Shown: piece after piece, positions 32,635-41,584 of the stretch
Layout of the letters: each line of letters begins with the position of its first letter
Numbering within the stretch: the stretch's first letter is position 1
DNA from: Wickerhamiella versatilis
Taxonomy: Eukaryota
Direction: 5' to 3'
DNA length: 64,000 nt
NCBI GenBank assembly: GCA_030867685.1
Contig: JAQOWU010000008.1
Location: 1,116,001 to 1,180,000 of the forward strand
The notes under the pieces: generated by a model
What the model was told of the DNA's origin: nothing
Seen by the model: the letters and a program-made list of their open reading frames with translations, nothing else
Database searches by the model: none
Made by a program: the position numbers and the translations under genes

Positions 32635-34812
32635 CTATACCTCAACTTCCTCCTCCTCTTCGACAATATCTTCAGTAATGACGTAGACCTTGCCATCACG
32701 GACTTCAAGGCGCTCTTCCTCGGGAACCTTGCCAAGAGCAAGGAGTCGTGAAGCGATCTCAGCACGCCACTCATTCCAAGATTTAATGAGAGACTCACGC
32801 TTGCGCTTAAGCTCAGTGGATTCTTCACTGGCCAATGTGGCATCTTCTGTGTCGAAGTCTGCGGCAATCTCCTTGATGTTCTTGGCTATTTCTTTCTTCT
32901 TGTCCTCTGGAAGGATACTTGCAGGTCGCGGACGCCAGAAAAATGCCTTCAAACGATCGATTTTCTCACCGCGTAAGAGTTTTCCACTGATATCCCACAA
33001 GTTGTAGCCTTGGTGACCACCAGGGTGCATTGCCGAAAGACTTGCCACATAACGTCCCGATGGATCCCAAACCACATCAGTTATTCCAGCATGATCGTTG
33101 GTGGCCAACGGACACACATTTATATCCAGGTTCTTTGCCTCGGGCGTCGCACCATTGGTAGCAGGTGCAATGTGGCTGTCGTGATCGCAGTCCCAGAATT
33201 CGACCAAAGGTTTGGATGCCTTGAAACAGGCTGTTACCAAGAAACGGCCTGTAGGACACCAATGTATAGAAGCAGATGATCTATCGGTCAGCCGATTTGC
33301 CTCTTTCCATGTTCCCTGTAGACCCTTCGAGCGCTCCAGGGCATAAAAGCTAAGTATGTTTTTAGAGGTCGAAATTGGATGGCCGGGTACTTCTCGATAG
33401 CTAATAATCGCAAAACGATCACCATGAGATTCCCATGCGAAGTCGATGACGGTTTCTTTGAGATCGATGACTTCGACGGGCTGGTCTTTCTCAAAGAGAC
33501 GGTATATCTCCAGACTCGAAAACACAGCCTTCTTATTCTTCGTGAGCCTATCGATTCGGCAAGCCAAAAAGCGGCCTTCATCCTGCCAGTGGAAGCGGCA
33601 GCGCACAACATTGAACAATGACCTGTTTCGCACAACTTCCTTTGTCGCAGCATCAACAAGGCACACTCTGGCCGTCTGGTTTTGGTGTTCTGGTGTCCAG
33701 TATGCCAACAGTGGGCGCCCCTTTATCAGAGCTGGCGCAAAATCGAAGTCGATGATACCCTGTGTGCGCATTGGTTTACGGTCAACAAGACCCATTGTTT
33801 TCGAATCATATATGGCCAATGTATCATTAGCAGATATACGAGCAAAATAGCGGGAATCTGCACTCCACTTGAATGCAGGCCATGGCTTGGATGGCTCTTC
33901 AGTGGGAGCAGGGGCTCCGATCGGAACAGGAAGCGGGGGACGCTTGATTTGCGGTGGCATTGCGAATGTTCGTAGTGGAGTCATGGTCTGAACACTCCAA
34001 AACACGATATGATTGCCCTCATCCGTCTCTTTGAATGGCCAGGTCGCACGTTTAGCTGGATCCTCTGGCGGCGATGGGATGGGTTCTCGCGAACCGGTCA
34101 CTAAAAACCTCTCATCTGGGCTGAAATCCACTAGGCGTGCTTCTCTGTGCGGGAAGCGCCCAATCACCTCAAAATCAGGGCCAGCATGCAGAACTACACC
34201 CTGAGGATGCACACTTAAAAGATACGTACCCTTTGGTGACCACTGAACATAACCATCAGTAAAGTGCTCACGACGCATCACTTGCTGAGGAGCAGAGTCT
34301 TTCCTAAACCAGGCTACTGTCACCAGATCGTCTATGTGAAGCACAGCCTGGTCCCTTCCCAAATTGTCGGTCAGCCATGACCTCAAGTGGGGTAGCGGCT
34401 TGAATGGAGGCACTTGTGGTTCCTTAAACTCACCCTTTCCTTCATCCCCATCCACAAGCTTCTCTGCATGAGCCAGGCGGTCAACATGCATCGTGTGACG
34501 TGCATCAAGCTTTTTGCCGTTGTAGGCCTGAACTGCATTCCGTGCACCTTCCTCAGACTCAAACTCCAAAAAAACAGCTCCAAAAGTCTTGCCTGAATCT
34601 GGATTAAGTGGCATATGGAAACGTTTCAGAGGTCCAGCCTTGCTAAAGACCTTTTTCAGAACTTTGGTCAGAGCCTCCAACTTCGACTCAGGTACAACTG
34701 GACAGCCATCGACGACAACAAACCGATCCATCGGAAGACGGCTGTCCACGGAATACTTCGCCTCCAGGTCGCTGAAATCCAAAGCCTCTGTACGAAGCGG
34801 TTCAGCTGTCAT
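32635..34812 (-). CDS. PRT1: Translation initiation factor eIF3 subunit b
   Basis: N-terminal RRM (FVVVDGCPVVPESK), WSPKGTYL, WDPSGRYV and FFWRPRP. Confidence 0.96.
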   Translation of the reverse strand: MTAEPLRTEALDFSDLEAKYSVDSRLPMDRFVVVDGCPVVPESKLEALTKVLKKVFSKAGPLKRFHMPLNPDSGKTFGAVFLEFESEEGARNAVQAYNGKKLDARHTMHVDRLAHAEKLVDGDEGKGEFKEPQVPPFKPLPHLRSWLTDNLGRDQAVLHIDDLVTVAWFRKDSAPQQVMRREHFTDGYVQWSPKGTYLLSVHPQGVVLHAGPDFEVIGRFPHREARLVDFSPDERFLVTGSREPIPSPPEDPAKRATWPFKETDEGNHIVFWSVQTMTPLRTFAMPPQIKRPPLPVPIGAPAPTEEPSKPWPAFKWSADSRYFARISANDTLAIYDSKTMGLVDRKPMRTQGIIDFDFAPALIKGRPLLAYWTPEHQNQTARVCLVDAATKEVVRNRSLFNVVRCRFHWQDEGRFLACRIDRLTKNKKAVFSSLEIYRLFEKDQPVEVIDLKETVIDFAWESHGDRFAIISYREVPGHPISTSKNILSFYALERSKGLQGTWKEANRLTDRSSASIHWCPTGRFLVTACFKASKPLVEFWDCDHDSHIAPATNGATPEAKNLDINVCPLATNDHAGITDVVWDPSGRYVASLSAMHPGGHQGYNLWDISGKLLRGEKIDRLKAFFWRPRPASILPEDKKKEIAKNIKEIAADFDTEDATLASEESTELKRKRESLIKSWNEWRAEIASRLLALGKVPEEERLEVRDGKVYVITEDIVEEEEEVEV

Positions 34813-35109
34813 ATCTACCGGGACGCGCTGGAAAATTTCACAATTACTAATCGATATTATAGCTAGCTCTCCCTCGGATCAAATGTGTACACTAAGTTGC
34901 TAGAAAGGTGTTATTTATTGCTATGGTTTATAGTTAAGTGCTAATAATTCGGAATATTAAATGGCTACAATGTGGTTTTAGTTTATCAAAAGCTCTTTTT
35001 GATTAACACCAGTTGCTGAAAATCATAAACAAAGTCTTGGAGTATGTAGTGTATTAGTCAGGCTTGGACCCTCAGTGTTGTCGCCTTTGGGAAGGTATCT
35101 TGGCACCTC

Positions 35110-36747
35110 ATGCTGAAGATTGTGAAGGGTGCAACAAAGCCTAAAGAGGCTGCACCTAAAGCGAAGTACATCGAACCCATTCTTGCTTCTACATATGATG
35201 CAGGGCGTGACTTTGAGAATGTTATGGATGCCATTGCTAAGGTTCTTGACAGGCCACCTGGCAGCGCGTCGGCATACAAAGCTCTAATTGTCGTACACAT
35301 TATGATTCGTGAGGGTGCTGAGAATGTAACGTTGAAGTACCTGGGTCGCAACCCGGAGACGCTGGACGTCGACCGCCACGTGACGATCCCGGACATCAAA
35401 CGGTATCGGCGGTACCTTTATTGTCGTGCCATGGAGTTCAAGGATACGAAAATTGATTTCGTCAGGTATAAGAACCGACAGGGTAATTCTCGCCTCCATG
35501 ACCTGACAGTTTCCAAAGGCTTGTTGCGGGAGTGTGAAAGCGTTATCACCCAGATTGAGCATTTACTTGAATGTCATTATGATGAGACTAGCGTGGAAAA
35601 TGACGTTATTTTGATGGTATTTCGTCTCCTTGTCCATGATCTTCTTAGCTTTTTCCAGGTTTTGAATGAGGGTGTGATAAACCTTTTAGAGCACTTTTTT
35701 GAGCTTTCAAAACCAGATGCCGAGCGTGGACTAGAGATATATCGTGCTTTTACTCGTTTGACTTCGAAATGCATAGCATATCTTAAAGTTGCCAAGAACC
35801 TGGAGTATAAAACTAAACTTCACGTTCCAAATATCAAGCATGCTCCGACATCTCTTGTTTCCTCGCTGGAAATGTACTTGAGTGATCCAGATTTCGAGCA
35901 AAACCGGCGACAATATGTCGCTGAGAAACAAGCACATCAAGAAGTGCGACGATCTTTTTCTGGCAGATCTAGTAACTCCACGTTGCCTCTAAGGAGGCCC
36001 TCTACCCAGAATAATGTTCAACGAAATGTATCAGCGCCTGAACCTCAAAGGGTACAAACATTTACCCAGCCACAACAGCAATTTGATTTATTATCGGGGA
36101 CGCAGCAATCCCAGCAGAATCCTGCTTCAACCACTGTCAACCCTTTCTGGCAGTCACAAAACCAGCAAGCACAGCAAGAGGCACTTGCACAAGTCCAGGC
36201 AGCTCGTATCCAATTGCAGGAGGGACAGGCGCAGCTTCATATGCAGCAGCTTCAACTTCAGCAGCAACAACTTGCTGCTCAAGCTCAACAGCAACAGCAG
36301 CAGCAACAGCAGCAGCCTTTTGATCATTACGCCGCGGCTTCCTACCCTACGCAGCAAGTTCAACAGACACCTTCACTTGGATTCATTGATACTGGTTTCG
36401 ACTTTGGTCAAGGTATGACCCAGGCACCACTGCAGGCTAGCTACACAGGCCCATCACAAACTTCTCAGCCATCGCAACCGCCCACTCCACCGCCAAGCCA
36501 ATACAATCAGTACACTCCACAGCCGCAGGTTCAACCCTATGATTCCCTTCTGCCCATGGGTCCTCAGCAGCCTACTTCTGATGCTCACTACAATCCGTTT
36601 AAGCGGGCTTCTCTAGAAAACCAGCTTCCGACGCAGGCACAGCCCCAGTATGCGCAGTCGACGGGAACGAACCCCTTCTCGCGACAATCATCACAAGCCC
36701 AGCGCCAACAGACAGGTACAAACCCTTTCCGGGTTTCCATGATCTAA
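35110..36747 (+). CDS. YAP1801: ANTH-domain clathrin adaptor (AP180/Yap1801-2 family)
   Basis: KIVKGATKPKEAAPKAKYIEPIL, NEGVINLLEHFFELSK, a Q-rich tail and four NPF motifs. Confidence 0.92.
   Translation: MLKIVKGATKPKEAAPKAKYIEPILASTYDAGRDFENVMDAIAKVLDRPPGSASAYKALIVVHIMIREGAENVTLKYLGRNPETLDVDRHVTIPDIKRYRRYLYCRAMEFKDTKIDFVRYKNRQGNSRLHDLTVSKGLLRECESVITQIEHLLECHYDETSVENDVILMVFRLLVHDLLSFFQVLNEGVINLLEHFFELSKPDAERGLEIYRAFTRLTSKCIAYLKVAKNLEYKTKLHVPNIKHAPTSLVSSLEMYLSDPDFEQNRRQYVAEKQAHQEVRRSFSGRSSNSTLPLRRPSTQNNVQRNVSAPEPQRVQTFTQPQQQFDLLSGTQQSQQNPASTTVNPFWQSQNQQAQQEALAQVQAARIQLQEGQAQLHMQQLQLQQQQLAAQAQQQQQQQQQQPFDHYAAASYPTQQVQQTPSLGFIDTGFDFGQGMTQAPLQASYTGPSQTSQPSQPPTPPPSQYNQYTPQPQVQPYDSLLPMGPQQPTSDAHYNPFKRASLENQLPTQAQPQYAQSTGTNPFSRQSSQAQRQQTGTNPFRVSMI
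36242..36315 (+). repeat. Imperfect CAG/CAA repeat encoding polyglutamine
   Basis: cagcagcaacaa...caacagcaacagcagcagcaacagcagcag within the YAP180 CDS. Confidence 0.8.
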
Positions 36748-36885
36748 AAATTTCACTATTTGTACTCGAGTTGCGTCAGTTTTGGTCAGAAAGCACTGAT
36801 CAGGAAACACTTGTTGCCCAGCGTATCTTCGCACTAAACCATATATATATAAATAGGATTTACCAAAAATATGCAAATTATGAAG

Positions 36886-37320
36886 CTAAGTTATACAGTC
36901 TAGGCACTCCGTATGATCCCTTCGAGTCGAGCAATAAGAACAGACCAGCTGCTCACAGTGAATGCATAAGTCAAGGTCGTCAGCATCAAATTCATTGCGA
37001 CAACTCCCACACTTGATGGATACTACAGGTTCAGCATCTCTAGCTGACGCGCTATGTTTAAAATCCCGCACATTACCGTCAAGTACTCCATTAGCCCCAT
37101 TTAAATAAAGTGTACTCGAATCTGTCATACAACCTTTTCTTCTCTGTGCTACTGGGGAAATAATAGTACCCGGCGCCAGTCGAGAATGTGCATGAAAGTA
37201 TTCGGGTACCGTGCGCTGCTGAGGCCCAAATGCCTGTCGTTTCACGGAACCCCAAACTTCCCCCTCCTCCAGGACACTACTATTCTGCAGAGTGTGCCAA
37301 TACTCCGCCTGGCGTTTCAT
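36886..37320 (-). CDS. Uncharacterised 144-aa protein with a C-terminal 8-Cys zinc finger and a PIP-box-like motif
   Basis: ATG-initiated ORF filling the gap between genes. CxxC-x11-CxxC-x4-CxxC-x8-CxxC at the C-terminus; QRTVPEYF at residues 35-42. Confidence 0.75.
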   Translation of the reverse strand: MKRQAEYWHTLQNSSVLEEGEVWGSVKRQAFGPQQRTVPEYFHAHSRLAPGTIISPVAQRRKGCMTDSSTLYLNGANGVLDGNVRDFKHSASARDAEPVVSIKCGSCRNEFDADDLDLCIHCEQLVCSYCSTRRDHTECLDCIT

Positions 37321-37422
37321 GGGTTAGGGTAGGAGGGTTGACCAGCCAATGAGGGCCCATATGCTACCCCTCACCCTCTCGTATTCTCACACTCTCCCAC
37401 CTACCCCCAAGAGACTCACAAG

Positions 37423-37718
37423 GTAAGTTTGGCGTCCTACGCATGTGTGGGACAACATTTTGAAGGTCGCAGATTCTGGATTTCAAAGTCTGGGTATAAC
37501 TCCATTTACGTAAAGGTTTGGTCGCCTCACTAAGCTCGCTTTCATCAGCTCGTGGTCATAACTGACTTGGCCATCGTTTTCGTGATTCTTGACTCATCCA
37601 GAGTCGGTGATTCAGCGGATGAGTACCCTAAACCTTATGTCAAGAGGATTAAACCTTTCAGTGAAAATCAGAAAGAAGCGGCCTTATGTTGGCTATTTCA
37701 AATACTAACCCTTTCCAG
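37423..37718 (+). other. Predicted spliceosomal intron in the 5' leader of the bZIP gene
   Basis: AG|GTAAGT at 37423, TACTAAC at 37703-37709, a pyrimidine tract and CAG at 37716-37718, 13 nt before ATG 37732. Confidence 0.8.
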
Positions 37719-37731
37719 ATAGAAATTGAGT

Positions 37732-38223
37732 ATGGAGAACCCAACCTATGCACACTGGCAAACACCAGACGACGCCAAGCACCTTCCTGGTGATAATCAG
37801 ATTGATCCTTCGTTTCAACAGCCTGATTACACTGCAGATGCTGTCGCTGTCGCTCAAAGTGTCCATGACCCGAATCCAATGGGTATCCCCACTGTGGATC
37901 ATCACCTGAGTCAGAGTCGCAGTAGACGACCCTTGTCTCAGTCAAAACGTGCTCAGCAAAACCGAGCCGCCCAGCGGGCATTCCGCCAGCGGAAAGAACT
38001 CTACATCAAGGATTTAGAAACTAAAGTTGGTGAATTGAAGAGTGTAAAGGAAACGATGGAAGCACTTCGTGCCGAGAACCAGGAACTTCGTGATTATATT
38101 CTGGCCCTTCAGTCACGTTGGATTAATCAACCAGGCGGAGTACCTACTCCTCCTGCTGTCTATACCCGACGCAATGAAGATGGTACGGAGTATCAAGATG
38201 ATGGCCACCCTGATCAGAAGTAA
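37732..38223 (+). CDS. AP-1/Yap-type bZIP transcription factor (KapC-like)
   Basis: SKRAQQNRAAQRAFRQRKE basic region and zipper LRAENQELRDYILALQSR, a pattern like Aspergillus KapC. The C-terminus may change by splicing at 38220. Confidence 0.9.
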   Translation: MENPTYAHWQTPDDAKHLPGDNQIDPSFQQPDYTADAVAVAQSVHDPNPMGIPTVDHHLSQSRSRRPLSQSKRAQQNRAAQRAFRQRKELYIKDLETKVGELKSVKETMEALRAENQELRDYILALQSRWINQPGGVPTPPAVYTRRNEDGTEYQDDGHPDQK

Positions 38224-38368
38224 GTATACCCCCCCCTCTCTCCCTCCCCTAAATTTTTGATTGTTACGTATTTTCGTCTTAAGTATATCGATGGTTGTGT
38301 CCCGTGTATTCTTGCTAGTTTTGGATTAGCCAATACTGCTATTTGTACGGCACTAACCTAGTTTATAG
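38220..38368 (+). other. Predicted intron whose donor overlaps the bZIP stop codon
   Basis: GTAAGT at 38220-38225 contains the TAA stop. CACTAAC at 38351-38357, with TAG acceptors ending at 38361 or 38368. Confidence 0.6.
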
Positions 38369-38510
38369 TACTAGCTTGAATTAGCTTAGTAGAGTAATAA
38401 AATGTTCCGGCTTTTTTAAAGTGAGTTCGTTTCATTGTGGGACATAATATTCACAACTGTTTATGAGATTGTATCACCCCGGGTTCATCCACTCTTAGCA
38501 AACGTAAGCA

Positions 38511-39038
38511 ATGCTTGAACGGAAGTTCGTTACCGCTGTAGGTCACCGTATAGAAAGGGAATTCGGTGCTCCTCATCCCTATTACAAGGTCGTGGTGAGG
38601 TCTGCGCCGGATGGTACTGTGTATACCGAGAATGTCAAACGGGATATGCCGGAAGGAATCTCGAAACATGATCAGCATGTTCTCAAGGCTGTGCGCAAGA
38701 GGGCCCATCACCTTGAGTATTGGTTCTCATTCATTGGGATTCATCTAGGCTGGTGCGCTGTGGTGGGGATTATTCCTGTAGTGGGTGCAATATACAACGT
38801 GTATATGGGTATTGGAACCCTTCGAATGGCTATGGGAATAACAGGGGGGCTAAGTCCATGGATATTTACTGTAATGCTGGCCAACATTGTTATAGACTTT
38901 GCTCTTACATTCATTCCTATAGTTGGGAGCTCTTTTCATGCTATATATAAGTCAAATGCTCGCAATGCTGTTGTGCTTGATCACTATCTTCGTCGCAGGG
39001 CATCAATGGATTTGTCATCATCCGTCACTTCGAAGTGA
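38511..39038 (+). CDS. DUF4112-family membrane protein
   Basis: KRAHHLE...GIHLGWCAVVGIIPVVG...MLANIVIDFALTFIPIVG...YKSNARNAVVL. Confidence 0.85.
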   Translation: MLERKFVTAVGHRIEREFGAPHPYYKVVVRSAPDGTVYTENVKRDMPEGISKHDQHVLKAVRKRAHHLEYWFSFIGIHLGWCAVVGIIPVVGAIYNVYMGIGTLRMAMGITGGLSPWIFTVMLANIVIDFALTFIPIVGSSFHAIYKSNARNAVVLDHYLRRRASMDLSSSVTSK

Positions 39039-39062
39039 AAAAGAGGCCGTGTAGTCACAAGA

Positions 39063-39881
39063 ATGAGCCAGCCTATCGATGTGGCAACAGTCTTAGAGGA
39101 CTATCTCGCAGATTTGGCGAATTTGCCTGCAGAGCTGTCGTTTGTCCTCGACGAGATTAAGGTCAATGATGATAAAGTAGTTGACCATGCACGACGAGCC
39201 CAACAACGGGACGCCGCGATCCAGAAATTCGTTCACCAGCATGGAACATTGGTAGACAATCCCAAAGAAGGCCAGAACATTACCAAGATCCAGAAGGACT
39301 ACCAGGAGAGCATCAAAGCCCAAAAAGAAAAAGTACGCATGGCCAACTTAGGGATGTTTGTTATCGGACGACAAGTTCGGAAGTTAGAGGAACAAGTAGA
39401 GAAGCTCGAGAAAGAGGGGCTGCTCACTCCTGCCTCCGATGACGAGGAGGAGGCTTTCAATAAAACTTCAACTCCTGAGCCATTGCCTCCGCGGCCCTCA
39501 AGGAAATCATCTTCACATCACCCTCCACCTATGCCAGCGCGGGAATTAAAACACCCAGCATCTACACATGAAAAGACGCCCTCAGTCTCTGCGGGTAGTT
39601 CTCCAGGACCTCGTGACATGCGTCCTCCTAAGCGCCAAAAGCTGGATTCTCCAGTTCATTCTATAGGACCTGCCATGCCTCTGGTTTCGCCACGTGAAGG
39701 GAATGGGGATGATAATGTTTACTGCTTCTGTAGACAAGGCTCGCGTGGAAATATGATAGGCTGTGATGGGTCAGACTGTGACATAGAATGGTTCCATCTA
39801 GATTGTGTGGGGTTATCAGCACCGCCGTCGGGCACATGGTATTGTGAGTCGTGTCGTAAGAAGATCGCACAAGCCAAATAA
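39063..39881 (+). CDS. YNG2: ING-family PHD protein, NuA4 subunit Yng2
   Basis: DVATVLEDYLADLANLPAE ING domain and PHD finger YCFCRQGSRGNMIGCD...EWFHLDCVGL...WYC. Confidence 0.88.
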   Translation: MSQPIDVATVLEDYLADLANLPAELSFVLDEIKVNDDKVVDHARRAQQRDAAIQKFVHQHGTLVDNPKEGQNITKIQKDYQESIKAQKEKVRMANLGMFVIGRQVRKLEEQVEKLEKEGLLTPASDDEEEAFNKTSTPEPLPPRPSRKSSSHHPPPMPARELKHPASTHEKTPSVSAGSSPGPRDMRPPKRQKLDSPVHSIGPAMPLVSPREGNGDDNVYCFCRQGSRGNMIGCDGSDCDIEWFHLDCVGLSAPPSGTWYCESCRKKIAQAK

Positions 39882-39976
39882 ACTATTATTTATTGAGTTT
39901 AGTATATTTTCTATTATGGCTTTTATTATGTCTCAATTCTTTATTACTTTTATCTAATTACTTTTAATGAATCTTT

Positions 39977-41433
39977 CTACGTCGGAGCGAAAGAGCCCAA
40001 CTGTTTTTTCTTGGTATCTAGCTCCTGTCTTATTTCCCTGATTGATGCTTGAAGTGGCTGTATGGCATCGAAACGACGGTGATGCTTAGCGTCTTCCAGT
40101 TGTCTCTCTAAGAGATAAGCTTGTTCCTCTAGAATCACCGTATTCTGCTGAAGCATCGTGGTCTCTTCTTTCGTTAACCGGGAAGAGTTATCGTCCTCTT
40201 TATTCAAAAGCACCTGCGGTAGGGCTTGAAGTGGTAGCATGGTCTCCTGAAGATAGTTCGTCGCCCCTAGCACAACCTGATTCCTGATGCGTTCCTCAGC
40301 TTGAGTCTCTACACTGGATTCTTTTACGCGTCTTATTACCATCTCATAGCGCGTGAATGCCTGAAGTAGGTCGTGTCTAAGTTTTCGTAAGTCTGGCATC
40401 GATACACTCTCGCTTTGCGTTGAGGAGGCAAGCTTCGCAAACATTTCTTCAAAAATCGGAAGTTGACTATCTATCTGTCGCTGAATCCTCTTAAGTTGAG
40501 CGCTAAGTCTCAATACCGGAGGTGGGGAGGAATGTGTTTCTTCGACAAATGTGCGGTGCGCAAATACTGCAGAGCGGCACTCTCCACACATCCTGAGAGT
40601 GTACATTGACCCATTTGCGAGCTCTGGCTGCTTAAGCTTTTCAGCTAGGAGGGAGAGTGCAACTTCACGTGAACATTCGCGCTCTAAGTCTCCGCAAACT
40701 ACCAGGCCGCAAAGTCTACAATGATGTTTGCGTAAAAAATATGTAAATCTTTGACCACATAGCCTGCAGCGGTCAACGCCCTTTTCGTTTTCCCATGCTA
40801 CAATGCTCTGCTCAAATTCTCTTTTTTAGCTATATCTGACCGAGCCCAAAGCCCTCCAGAATCGCGATCGAGTTCAGCAAGGCCCGATATAAGCTTTACA
40901 AGTCTTGAATGCAAACGATGCTCAACAACAGCTCTTGCATCTGATTTCAAGTTCCTGAACCCGATAAAAAGGCCCGATAAATCCCGTACTCTACCACTGT
41001 AGTCATGATAGCCGGGCTGCTTCTCGTAGCACAATTGGCATACACGATTCCAATGACCATGCTCTGGATCAGGAAGGGCTTCAGATGCTAATTTTTTCCG
41101 AAACTGAGTGTGTTCTGTGCAACGAACTTCACCACATTCACGGCAGTGTACGCCATGTGCCTCCACATTTTGACAACAGTCATGCACACCGCATTTCTGG
41201 CCTTTACGAGGAGTTTTCCAGTGCTCACGAGTTATATTGAACTTCTTATTTGAAGATTTTTTTGAGTCTTCCTTGAAAATGCTGAGCCACTTAGGACCGC
41301 CTTTGGTGGGATTCTGGGAGACATTTGCAGGCTCTGATACATCTGTATGTATATCATCAATATGTTGATTAAGTTGGCCCAAAGATATTGTTGTCTCACC
41401 GCAAATTGGGCAAACTAGACCTTTGTCGCCCAT
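39977..41433 (-). CDS. PEP7: Pep7/Vac1 (rabenosyn-like) FYVE protein, frameshifted at the T6 run 40822-40827
   Basis: The upstream ORF has a C2H2 finger (CPICG...LNQHIDDIH) and a first Cys-rich finger. The shifted frame gives EFEQSIVAWENE...RKHHCRLCGLVVCG (FYVE) and joins ORF 39977-40606. One added base yields 485 aa. Confidence 0.88.
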
Positions 41434-41584
41434 CCTGGTTCATAGACCGGGCTGACGCAGCAGGACGCAAAGGGACAAAGACGAAGATAAGGAACAGTGA
41501 TTCGATATTAATGTATTTGCAGTTAATTCTATAATAAATGGTTAATGCAATATATACACATGTATAATTGAGAAAAAGAGTTGC

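Noticed and set aside
38402..38498. Upstream coding exon and GTGAGT intron for the DUF4112 gene
   Set aside because: ATG 38402 hits TAA before the donor, and there is no CTAAC branch point.
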